This document shows positions 55,997-64,000 of a DNA stretch of 64,000 bases, piece by piece. The notes under the pieces are model-generated. The model was not told the origin of the DNA. It was given only the letters and a program-made list of their open reading frames with translations, and made no database searches. Location: assembly GCA_003599145.1 (NCBI GenBank), contig QZIT01000005.1, forward strand, positions 127,961-191,960. Direction: 5' to 3'. The stretch is from Candidatus Woesearchaeota archaeon. GTDB taxonomy: Archaea > Nanobdellota > Nanobdellia > Woesearchaeales > UBA9642. Within the stretch, counting starts at the first letter, position 1. Every line of letters begins with the position of its first letter. Made by a program: the position numbers and the translations under genes.

Positions 55997-56482
55997 TTAC
56001 AACACTGCCTGTGCATACGCAGGATTGCTGTTTAATACATTCTGCTTTGCCTGAACACGCTTAAAATTGCTGTCGAGTGTGTAATAAACAATGCTTTTCA
56101 AAGATTGCTGCTTTAAGACAGGTATGCCTTTATTGATTAAGTCCTCAATATACGTTATAACCAATGCTTCTGAAAGGTTCAGCTTGTGGGCAACATCAGA
56201 TGCAGACAGCAAAAAGTCAGATGCATACAATAACATGAGAATTTTCTTTTCTAATACGCTTAAAGGCACGTTTAAATGGAAAAAGTGAGAGTTCCCAAGC
56301 ACCATGGATAATTCTTCCTGATGCTCCTGAAATTTATCCATCATAGCATAGAGTTCTTTTAATTCTTCATCATGCTGGTTTAAGAGTTCACGGTAATCAT
56401 CAAGCTCCCGAAGCACGTCGCTGTTGGTAATCGTGTGCTTTTTAATGAGCTTCTGCAGTGCTAAGCGTAGTTTCAATAGCAT
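55997..56482 (-). CDS. putative transcriptional regulator with C-terminal wHTH
   Basis: LSVLEKKILMLLYASDFLLSASDVAHKLNLSEALVITYIEDLINKGI. Confidence 0.5.
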   Translation of the reverse strand: MLLKLRLALQKLIKKHTITNSDVLRELDDYRELLNQHDEELKELYAMMDKFQEHQEELSMVLGNSHFFHLNVPLSVLEKKILMLLYASDFLLSASDVAHKLNLSEALVITYIEDLINKGIPVLKQQSLKSIVYYTLDSNFKRVQAKQNVLNSNPAYAQAVL

Positions 56483-56587
56483 GTAAACACCCCCAAACTA
56501 ATAACTAATCATGCCTTTAAAAAGTTTTTTATCTTGCAAACTATATTTCGAAACCTTTTTATAGCTGTAAAACGCAAAAGTGAGAGT

Positions 56588-57211
56588 ATGGCAAAGGTAG
56601 AAAAAGTGCTTGAAAAAATTGAAAAGAGGCTTTCTGCTATTGAAAAGAATCAAAAAAAGTTGCTTGCTGTAGAAAACACTATAGAAAAAGAAGAAGAACA
56701 GGAATTAACAGGTGAAAGTGAAGAATTAAGTACGCAAAAAAAAGAAATGGATGAGCTTAAAGAGCTTGAAAAAATAGAGCACAACATTGAAAAAAGCGTT
56801 AAAATCAACCCTTTAACCAGAGTTACCTTAAAGGACTTTTCAAAGGCAATCATTGGAGCGTTTATAGGCATTATAGGACATTTTTCATTTTTTTACGGCA
56901 TAGAAATCGCAGAGCACATCTCCGTAGTGAGAGCCATTGTACTGTATATTGCTTCTTTTCTTATAGGCATGATTTATCTCTACTTTGCAGGATTCAGGAA
57001 AGTAGTTGATATGGACATTGCAAAATTTGTTCCTGTCCGTCTAGCTGTTATTTATATTACGGCAATAGCAGTCATTGTCATCGTACTGTATCTATTTGGC
57101 TTTATCACCACTCATACAACATTTTTAGAGATATTCAAATCAGTCTCTACCATCAGCATATTGGCAGTGTTAGGAGCAACAACGGCTGATTTAATAGGAG
57201 GCAAAGAATGA
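56588..57211 (+). CDS. coiled-coil N-terminus + 4-TM membrane protein
   Basis: Start set at MAKVEKVLEKIEKRL; C-terminal TM helices. Confidence 0.5.
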   Translation: MAKVEKVLEKIEKRLSAIEKNQKKLLAVENTIEKEEEQELTGESEELSTQKKEMDELKELEKIEHNIEKSVKINPLTRVTLKDFSKAIIGAFIGIIGHFSFFYGIEIAEHISVVRAIVLYIASFLIGMIYLYFAGFRKVVDMDIAKFVPVRLAVIYITAIAVIVIVLYLFGFITTHTTFLEIFKSVSTISILAVLGATTADLIGGKE

Positions 57212-57594
57212 CCTTTGACAGAAAAAAATGCATTGCAATTTTGGAAAAAATCAACAGTGTTTTTAAAAATGTAGAGCAGATGGTTAAAAACTATGAACAG
57301 TTTGTACTGCAAAACATGGACGATGATGAGGTTCTTGAGCTCAGAAAAACAATCATAGACACGCTTAAAAAACTCAGAGATGTTGAATTATCCGTAAGGA
57401 AGGATGATTTGGAAGGAAAAGTCATTCCTTTGGTCAAATTTCAAGACGAGGAAATTGCTATTTTAACAGCTATTGCCGCTTTTCTTACGCAGCTTAAGGA
57501 AAATCCCGAAAGAAAGAAAGACATAGAAGTGCTTATGCGGCGTTTTGACAAGGAAATTATCGAGGAAATCACTGCACTGTCAAAGGCAGCTTAG
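57208..57594 (+). CDS. hypothetical alpha-helical protein
   Basis: ATGA overlap with the upstream gene; no motif. Confidence 0.45.
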   Translation: MTFDRKKCIAILEKINSVFKNVEQMVKNYEQFVLQNMDDDEVLELRKTIIDTLKKLRDVELSVRKDDLEGKVIPLVKFQDEEIAILTAIAAFLTQLKENPERKKDIEVLMRRFDKEIIEEITALSKAA

Positions 57595-57759
57595 CGTTTC
57601 ATGCAGGTTTCGCAGTAGTACTTATTGCCGTTTTCTGGAAAGAATCTGATCTTGCAGGCAACACATTTTCTGACGATACGATAGCATTTAACCATTTTAA
57701 AGTGGTTAACCCTATGTCCTATATAAATATTTCGTTTTTTAACTATTAGCAAGTGGTGA

Positions 57760-58665
57760 CTAATAGAGATTATAGACTATGTTACTCATACAGCGTATGC
57801 CTCCTGCAAGACCTCTTTTGCCATAGTTAGGGAAATCTGAACCGCAAGTCAGAATACGCTCTTTGGGTAGATGTTTTTGCAGAAAGCTCCTGGTTTCTCT
57901 GCATACTTCAGGCAACAGCACTTTTCCGTCAGGCAAAACAAGCATATTGACTGCTAAAAGCTCATAATCAGGACTAGGCATAGGAACAATAAATGATTCT
58001 GAGTGCAAACGATAGACAAGATCAATCATAGCCTCAACGTGTTCAAAAGCATAGTCAGGATCTATCAACAATAATGGTTTTTCAGCAGGAATGAATGAAA
58101 TTGCCGTATCTATATGGCGATGGTCAAATTGCGTAGGCGTAGGCAAAACATGAATATCATAACGAGCAGAAAGAACTTGTAAAATCTTTGCATTCTGTAC
58201 TCCTTCAGAAATAAAAAGAGCGTTGCCTGCAGATATTGCCATCCCGCCTTCTCCCAAAGAAGATCTCACCGTATGCTCAGGCAGCGGAATCCCAAGAGCA
58301 TCAAAGATCTTTTTTGTAATTTTTTTTCCTCTTGGCGCAATACACAGAACATCACCATAGAACTGAAAAGTATCTCTTGGCCATCTGATTTCTGCAAGTT
58401 CAAAGCAATGATCTAAAGGTAAACGCAAAACAGAACCTGATCGCGCAGTTTCCAAAGCAGAGATATATCTCCACATTTTTCTTGAAAGGACATTTTCTTC
58501 TTCAGGTCCAAGAATTTTTACAGTATAGCCGTTTTCAGAGAGCATATCGTACGTTCTTAAGCAATCATCAAACGCATCTTTAAAAAAGCTGGGAGTTGCA
58601 TCTGGCAATTCCAACGGTGCAAAGAGCACAACGCTTTTTTTAACGACATCATCGAGCATGCTCAA
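57760..58665 (-). CDS. amidinotransferase-superfamily enzyme (agmatine/arginine deiminase or DDAH-like)
   Basis: C-terminal GLAGGIRCMSN matches the GGGxxHC(M/I)T catalytic-Cys motif of the superfamily. Confidence 0.5.
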   Translation of the reverse strand: MSMLDDVVKKSVVLFAPLELPDATPSFFKDAFDDCLRTYDMLSENGYTVKILGPEEENVLSRKMWRYISALETARSGSVLRLPLDHCFELAEIRWPRDTFQFYGDVLCIAPRGKKITKKIFDALGIPLPEHTVRSSLGEGGMAISAGNALFISEGVQNAKILQVLSARYDIHVLPTPTQFDHRHIDTAISFIPAEKPLLLIDPDYAFEHVEAMIDLVYRLHSESFIVPMPSPDYELLAVNMLVLPDGKVLLPEVCRETRSFLQKHLPKERILTCGSDFPNYGKRGLAGGIRCMSNIVYNLY

Positions 58666-58772
58666 GGATTTTTCCAGCAGTATTTAAATATTTTCTTTAC
58701 TTATAAGTAATAAAATAAATCAGTCAATAAAAACACCATAACCTTTATAAACACCCTCTTGTTCCTTAAACC

Positions 58773-59051
58773 ATGGAAATAGAGGTTATTGAGCAATCAA
58801 AAAAGAAGCTTATTTTCAAGTTAAAAGGCGCTGACCATACGTTTTGCAATGCCCTGAAAAGAGAATTGTACAGTGATGAATCAGTAAAAATTTCTTCCTA
58901 CACCATAGAACATCCATTAATCAATATTCCAAAATTTATTGTCGAAACAGACACCAGCAAGACGCCTGAAAAGGCGTTAAGCGCCGCTGTGAAAAGGCTA
59001 CAGGGAACCAATGCAAAAGTCCTTGAAGCGTTTAAAAAAGCAAAGCTCTAA
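58773..59051 (+). CDS. rpoL: RNA polymerase subunit Rpo11/RpoL
   Basis: GADHTFCNALKREL...EHPLINIPKFIVETD (compare GEDHTLGNLL...HPL). Confidence 0.8.
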   Translation: MEIEVIEQSKKKLIFKLKGADHTFCNALKRELYSDESVKISSYTIEHPLINIPKFIVETDTSKTPEKALSAAVKRLQGTNAKVLEAFKKAKL

Positions 59052-59052
59052 T

Positions 59053-59595
59053 ATGGATAATTACAAGAGAACAAAACTTCTTACCCTGGCAAGAGAAGCC
59101 ATTGCTTTAGCATTTGAAAACAAAAAGCCAGATTTAGAATTCTACAAAGATGTTGATGAAAGCAAGGGCTGTTTTGTAACGCTCCACAGAAAAAAACAAT
59201 TACGAGGCTGTATAGGCTATATCCAAGCAGAACCTTTGTATGAGCTTGTACCGCGCGCAGCAGTTGCAGCCGCATTGTATGACGATAGATTCAAACCAGT
59301 AACCAAAGATGAATTGGAATTAATCACGATTGAAATTTCATTGTTAACAGAACCAAAACAGATAACAGGAGATTCTGAAGACTTTCCAAAAAACATCATT
59401 ATTGGAGAAGACGGGTTGATCATTCAATCACGAGAAGGTTCTGGATTATTATTGCCTCAGGTGGCAGCTGAAAACTTTTGGGACGCTCATCAATTCTTAA
59501 ATGCATTATGCCAAAAAGCAGGAGTTTCTTTTCAGGCATGGAAAGAAAAGCACACGAAAATTTTCAAATTTCAAACAGAAATATTTCGCGAATAG
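59053..59595 (+). CDS. AMMECR1-domain protein
   Basis: GCFVTLH...LRGCIGYI AMMECR1 signature; start re-set to the ATG just after the rpoL stop. Confidence 0.8.
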   Translation: MDNYKRTKLLTLAREAIALAFENKKPDLEFYKDVDESKGCFVTLHRKKQLRGCIGYIQAEPLYELVPRAAVAAALYDDRFKPVTKDELELITIEISLLTEPKQITGDSEDFPKNIIIGEDGLIIQSREGSGLLLPQVAAENFWDAHQFLNALCQKAGVSFQAWKEKHTKIFKFQTEIFRE

Positions 59596-59642
59596 TTTCT
59601 TCAACCGTAAAACTTTTAAATAATGCCTTTCATAAATAGAGC

Positions 59643-60263
59643 ATGTTCGGATTTAACGACGAAGAATTAAAAATTTTGAAATCACTAAATACACCAAGAA
59701 AAATTCAGGATTTTCTCAACGGGTTGAAAATTAATTTTGAGGAAGAGGGAGATACCTGCATGAGCCCGAGAATGGTTTTGAAAACAGGAAAGGCTCACTG
59801 CATGGAAGGCGCCATGCTTGCAGCTGTTGCATTGCGCTTGCAGGGACATCCTCCTTTAGTTGTCGATTTAGTATCAACTCCCAACGACGATGACCATGTC
59901 CTTACGGTTTTTAAGCAGCATGGCCATTGGGGTGCAATAACCAAAACAAATCACGCAGTATTGCGCTATCGAGAGCCCATTTACAAAACCATCAGGGAAT
60001 TAGTCATGTCTTATTTTCATGAATATACCTTGGATGATGGAAGAAAAACTTTGCGCTCTTACTCGATGCCCTTGAATCTTGCGAAATTTGACAGCAAAAA
60101 CTGGATGACTTCAGAAGAAAATGTTTGGTACATTCCTGAGTATTTAGACAACATCCCTCATAAAAAAATTCTCAACAGGGCGCAGATTATCACCTTACGA
60201 AGGGCAGATATCATTGAACGAGAAGTAGGAAAAATTGTCGAGTGGAAAAAACTCATGCACTAA
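59643..60263 (+). CDS. transglutaminase-like (Cys-His-Asp) domain protein
   Basis: GKAHCMEGAMLAAVALRLQGHPPLVVDL...DDDHVLTVF resembles the transglutaminase-core Cys and His regions. Confidence 0.45.
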   Translation: MFGFNDEELKILKSLNTPRKIQDFLNGLKINFEEEGDTCMSPRMVLKTGKAHCMEGAMLAAVALRLQGHPPLVVDLVSTPNDDDHVLTVFKQHGHWGAITKTNHAVLRYREPIYKTIRELVMSYFHEYTLDDGRKTLRSYSMPLNLAKFDSKNWMTSEENVWYIPEYLDNIPHKKILNRAQIITLRRADIIEREVGKIVEWKKLMH

Positions 60264-60973
60264 TGTCCAAATCGCCTTACTCTTGCCTTGTAATCATTGA
60301 TGCATTTAAGAAAATCTTCTTTTTCAAATTCAGGCCATAGCTTTTCAACATAAAAAATATACTCGCTGTAGCTTGACTGCCATAGCAAAAAGTTTGAAAT
60401 TCTCTGCTCTCCGCCTGTTCTGATAACCAAGTCAGGCTCTCCTTGCATGTACAAATAGCCTGCAAATTTCGTTTCATCAATATCTTTAGGATTCAGTTTG
60501 CCATCTTTCACATCTAAAGAAAGCTGGTGAACAGCATCAAGAATTTCCTCTCTGCCTCCATAACCGAAAGCAATATTGACACTAAAGTTTTCATTGTCTC
60601 TTGTCTTCTCCATCAGTTTTTGCATTGCTTCCTGTATATCGTTGGGAAACAGCATAAGCCTGCCTATAAAACGAATTTTTATGCCGTTTTTCATAATCTG
60701 ATCATCGTTCAACAAGCGATTGGCTTCTTCTTTCAATAAGTTCATCAAGTAGGCAAATTCATCTTTTGGACGGTTAAAATTCTGAATAGAAAAGGCATAC
60801 AACGTCAGTTCTTTTATATCATACTCGACGCACCATTCCAACAGCTTCTGCAGCTTTTTTGCGCCAAATTCATGGCCCTGCCATGGCTTCATCATCAAGC
60901 GTTTGGCAAACCGCCTATTTCCATCAAGGATGATGGCAATGTGCTTTGGAACAGGACTCTTTGTTGGTTCCAT
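60260..60973 (-). CDS. uppS: cis-prenyltransferase (undecaprenyl/dehydrodolichyl diphosphate synthase)
   Basis: HIAIILDGNRRFAK, ELTLYAFSIQNFNRPKDE, RTGGEQRISNFLLWQSSYSE. Confidence 0.9.
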   Translation of the reverse strand: MEPTKSPVPKHIAIILDGNRRFAKRLMMKPWQGHEFGAKKLQKLLEWCVEYDIKELTLYAFSIQNFNRPKDEFAYLMNLLKEEANRLLNDDQIMKNGIKIRFIGRLMLFPNDIQEAMQKLMEKTRDNENFSVNIAFGYGGREEILDAVHQLSLDVKDGKLNPKDIDETKFAGYLYMQGEPDLVIRTGGEQRISNFLLWQSSYSEYIFYVEKLWPEFEKEDFLKCINDYKARVRRFGH

Positions 60974-61012
60974 AACTATAAGGTAAAAAGCGAGATTTAT
61001 AAAGCTTATGAA

Positions 61013-61477
61013 TCAAATAAGCTCGGAGCGAACTTGCTTTTTTACTTTGATGAAGCTATTGCGCATGGCATATTTATCCGATAAAATATCAAACAACTCT
61101 GGCTGAATTTTCAGAATATCCTTCATAGTAATAAACCCGTACAACTTTCCTTGCTCAACCACAGGCAAGTGCCTAATGTCATTATCCCTCATAATAATCA
61201 TGGCTTCATAGAGATCTTTTTTTCGCTGGGTCGTTACCATATTCTTTTCCATGATTTGCTCTGCAGTAACCGTCTCAGGATTTAAACCAAGTGCAACAAG
61301 CTTTCGCACAATGTCTTCATCAGTAATGATTCCTAAAAGATTTTGGCCGTCGGCAATGATGACGCTATTCACGTCGTGCTTTTTCATGACATTGCTCGTT
61401 TCCTTAAGAGAAGTGTCTTTCGTTACGGTAACGGGTTTATTGGTCATGAAATCTTCAACAACATATCCTGTTCTCAT
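61013..61477 (-). CDS. CBS-domain pair protein
   Basis: Two CBS repeats (VTVTKDTSLKET...IIAD; MVTTQRKKDLYEA...LPVVEQGKLYGFITMKDIL). Confidence 0.75.
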   Translation of the reverse strand: MRTGYVVEDFMTNKPVTVTKDTSLKETSNVMKKHDVNSVIIADGQNLLGIITDEDIVRKLVALGLNPETVTAEQIMEKNMVTTQRKKDLYEAMIIMRDNDIRHLPVVEQGKLYGFITMKDILKIQPELFDILSDKYAMRNSFIKVKKQVRSELI

Positions 61478-61532
61478 CTTCCACCAATAACAGTAATGGC
61501 TTTCCTATATAAAAAGGTTGCGTATTTAAGAA

Positions 61533-63416
61533 TTAATAATTGACCAATATCTCAACGTCTTTTCCAAAAATGCTCTTTAAATCTTCAAAGGTTTTTTCCT
61601 TGATGAACGTTCGAGAAGGTATTTCTACTTTAACAAGGTGCTTTTCCATTTCTTCAATGCTGCTTTCCTGCACATGATGCAATCTTCCATCTTCAGAAAT
61701 TTCAGACTTGGTTATTTCCTTTTGCTCATTGTCTATATCATGAATAATAAATGCAATCTTATCCAGCAAAATCACTTCTCCAAATTTATTTCCATGCTTG
61801 ACTCTTAGTTTTGCCCTTTCTAATTCTCTGCCTCGTTTTCTCTGCAAGTGCTCAACCAAAAACTTAATCAGGTCATTGCTCTTTTTCAAAACATTCTGGA
61901 CTTCTAGTTTATTGAGCTTATTTGCATCATAATCTTCTTTTGCCTTTGAAATATCTTTTAATAATCGAAGGTATTTCTCAGGTATTCTTCCCTGATGGAT
62001 AAGCTCTTTTTCAAAAACACCTATCATTTCCTTGTCAGAAACCTTTTCAACGCCTTCCAGCTTTAAAACATCCCTGACAATAGTAACTACATTTTCATAG
62101 ACGTGAACAACAGACTCTTCTTCTTTTAATTTCTGAATTTCCTTAAACAACTGCTCTAATCGTTTGATATAATCCTGCGCATTTTTGAAAAACTCATCAA
62201 CTTCTTTTCCCGTAAGCACTTTTTTCGTTCCGTGCTCCAGTTCTTTCCTTACAGTTATTGCTTTTTCAAGAATGCCTACTTGAGCTTCTGTAAGCAGCTT
62301 TTCCTTCTTGACGAACAAGTCCCTCATCACAATAGGCGTTTCTTTTGGTGTCGGAGGAGGAACCCCATAGAGCATGATTGCTGCCTGCGAAGGCGTTAGT
62401 AATGCATAAAATAAGTCTTCCATGACAATTTCCTTCAATTTCCAGTTCACTCTTTCCATGATTTGAGAGCCAGAGTGCATGAACATATCAATAGCTTCTG
62501 GCGATGGCTTAATTCTTCCCATCTGAAGTAATTGTTTCCAGGGCATGAAAATTCCCCTGTCATAAAAAGGAACGCCATCTCTTAAGAAAGTAAAGATAAT
62601 AGGATTGGCTTCTTTAATGAATTCCCAGAAATCAGTTAAAATATACACTTGAATGTTGATTTTGTTTTCTATACCAGTCATTTTTCCTGCATCAATGCCC
62701 ATGCCTATGATAATAGCCCTTAATTTGTCTTTTAACTCTGCTCTGGTCATTCTTTTGACATCAGTATCATCAATGACAATGAACACATCAATATCTGATT
62801 GAGGTGTTGCTAATCCCTGCACTAAAGAACCAGCAAGTACATAGCTTACAATGTATTTTTCAAACTTTTTCAGCACCATACTTTTATGTAGTTCTGAAAT
62901 TTTTATGGCTGCCAACATTCCTTTATCATAGACAGGAGCAGCCATGGCGATAGTCTGCAATAATTCATACTTTGCATCATAGCAGCTCTGCCACACTTCT
63001 GTTAAGATAACAGTCTCAGGAGCTAAATCCTTGTCAATTTCCTGAGCATAACCAGAGATAATATCTGCAAGTTTTTGCCTTAACTCCTCTTTGGTCATCT
63101 TTTTGCTATCTCGGTCATCAATAAGAATAAGCACATTAATCTGATTTTTCAGGTTTTCTTCCTCTTCCTTGGTTAAATCTCTGTTTTCAGTTTTTTTTAC
63201 TGCAGAACGCTCCTCCTCGATGTTTTTGGGAGGCAATAAAGCAATACCTAAGACGTAATCTTCAAACTTCGCAAGAATTTTTTTCTTGAGCTTTTCAAGC
63301 TTGTCTTTAATCTGCTCAAGTTTTTTTTTGGCATCATCAGGAATATTGGCAAGTAAATGGTCAAAAGGGTCTTTTGCTTTTGGCTGTTCTTTAATTTTGT
63401 CTTTCACATATGCCAT
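61533..63416 (-). CDS. large protein with internally duplicated minimal nucleotidyltransferase (pol-beta-like) domains and helical regions
   Basis: GSLVQGLATPQSDIDVFIVIDDTDVKRMTRAELKDKL (GS-x9-SDIDxxxV NTase motif) and a degenerate earlier copy NVLILIDDRDSKKMTKEELRQKL. Confidence 0.5.
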   Translation of the reverse strand: MAYVKDKIKEQPKAKDPFDHLLANIPDDAKKKLEQIKDKLEKLKKKILAKFEDYVLGIALLPPKNIEEERSAVKKTENRDLTKEEEENLKNQINVLILIDDRDSKKMTKEELRQKLADIISGYAQEIDKDLAPETVILTEVWQSCYDAKYELLQTIAMAAPVYDKGMLAAIKISELHKSMVLKKFEKYIVSYVLAGSLVQGLATPQSDIDVFIVIDDTDVKRMTRAELKDKLRAIIIGMGIDAGKMTGIENKINIQVYILTDFWEFIKEANPIIFTFLRDGVPFYDRGIFMPWKQLLQMGRIKPSPEAIDMFMHSGSQIMERVNWKLKEIVMEDLFYALLTPSQAAIMLYGVPPPTPKETPIVMRDLFVKKEKLLTEAQVGILEKAITVRKELEHGTKKVLTGKEVDEFFKNAQDYIKRLEQLFKEIQKLKEEESVVHVYENVVTIVRDVLKLEGVEKVSDKEMIGVFEKELIHQGRIPEKYLRLLKDISKAKEDYDANKLNKLEVQNVLKKSNDLIKFLVEHLQRKRGRELERAKLRVKHGNKFGEVILLDKIAFIIHDIDNEQKEITKSEISEDGRLHHVQESSIEEMEKHLVKVEIPSRTFIKEKTFEDLKSIFGKDVEILVNY

Positions 63417-63506
63417 GATAACGCCTCTTTTATAAAGGTGTCAGGGCAGTTTTATAAATGTTGCGATACTGAAAAAGAGAATAGAGTAAAAAAAAGTAAG
63501 AAAGAA

Positions 63507-64000
63507 CTATTTTTTTTGCTTTTTTTCCTTTACATACTGGCTCTTAGAAAGGTAGTCTCTCGTAAACTTTCCACCAAGACTTGCATACTGTCTATAAATA
63601 GAGGTTGCAGCCCTGACATTTGTTGCCTTAGACAGCTCATACCCTGCTTTTTCAAGTTCACCGCCCACATGCTTAAGGAAAGACTCGTGATGACCTATAT
63701 CAGATTCTAATTCAGCAGTAACATGCTGTTCTTCAATAACATCATCGATAGTTGACTGCGCCAATGCCTCTTTAAACTTTTGAAATGCTTCTGATTTTCG
63801 CACATTGCGTCTATTCTGGATTAAATCATTTCTCAGCTTATAGAAATCAAGCTCCTCTCCTGTTTGAGCAGCCTTAAGACTAATATACTGTTTTAATTGA
63901 TGGGGATTTTTTTTATAGACTTTTACAGCATCTTCACCCAATTCCTGCTTTATGCCTTCAAGTGCTACTCTGTACAACAATTCTGTTGCTTCTTCCTTTG
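63507..64000 (-). CDS. hypothetical protein, probably 5'-partial (continues beyond the right edge)
   Basis: Track start corresponds to a TTG, and the reading frame stays open to the window end (..ATELLYRVALEG); ends with a K-rich tail. Confidence 0.4.
   Translation of the reverse strand, partial: KEEATELLYRVALEGIKQELGEDAVKVYKKNPHQLKQYISLKAAQTGEELDFYKLRNDLIQNRRNVRKSEAFQKFKEALAQSTIDDVIEEQHVTAELESDIGHHESFLKHVGGELEKAGYELSKATNVRAATSIYRQYASLGGKFTRDYLSKSQYVKEKKQKK

Noticed and set aside
63976-64000. Track start codon of the last ORF at 63980
   Set aside because: The start codon is a TTG read as Met and the frame remains open to the window end, so the true N-terminus is outside the window. It is treated as partial.

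Overview
Archaeal chromosomal window, AT-rich (GC looks to be in the low to mid 30s percent by eye), gene-dense, standard genetic code, most likely from a small-genome or DPANN-like archaeon. Lineage markers: thermosome, proteasome beta subunit, aCPSF1/FttA, TFE, Rpo4/RpoF, Rpo11/RpoL, ribosomal proteins L21e, L35Ae, S19e, L39e and L31e, and class III signal-peptide pilins. Content by region: (i) 1-11 kb: GH15 glycosidase fragment at the left edge, ABC exporter, HhH-GPD glycosylase, purine nucleotide interconversion block purB-purA-guaB, thermosome. PRPP synthetase and a PNP-family phosphorylase lie elsewhere, consistent with salvage-based metabolism. (ii) 11-23 kb: AlaX, proteasome-aCPSF1 pair, L21e-RpoF, ZPR1, SepF, PGI/PMI. 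This stretch also holds several unusual small or low-complexity proteins: an ATP-grasp-like protein with a poly-Glu-tailed acidic partner, a DPFAQQ-repeat protein plus a lysine-rich H1-like protein, a histone-fold-like mini-ORF, and tandem 177-aa paralogs. (iii) 23-36 kb: membrane proteins sharing a 24-nt promoter repeat, PKD surface protein, TYW3, prs, L35Ae, MazEF-like TA pair, the S19e/PDCD5-like/L39e/L31e cluster, tRNA-Ser(CGA) with a 12-bp 3'-end direct repeat 1.5 kb downstream, TrmB, circularly permuted GTPase. (iv) 36-44 kb: PadR with CCGATA inverted-repeat operators, PIMT, dPGM, DUF192, TFE, two type IV pilin-like genes. (v) 44-52 kb: a cell-surface locus with two paralogous membrane-anchor modules carrying either a long coiled coil or collagen-like Gly-X-Y repeats plus Ig-like repeats. 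The second is split from a 934-aa continuation by a 1-nt frame offset. (vi) 52-58 kb: Xer-type tyrosine recombinase followed by a possible accessory block: dockerin-repeat protein, standalone PTS-EIIA-like protein, membrane-anchored JAMM protein, second PadR, and a 540-bp non-coding region with perfect palindromes and a ~360-bp purine-only tract. (vii) 58-64 kb: RpoL, AMMECR1, transglutaminase-like, UppS, CBS, a 627-aa protein with duplicated nucleotidyltransferase domains, and a partial ORF at the right edge. No rRNA and no CRISPR array were seen. All functional calls are from motif recognition by eye, with no database search run.
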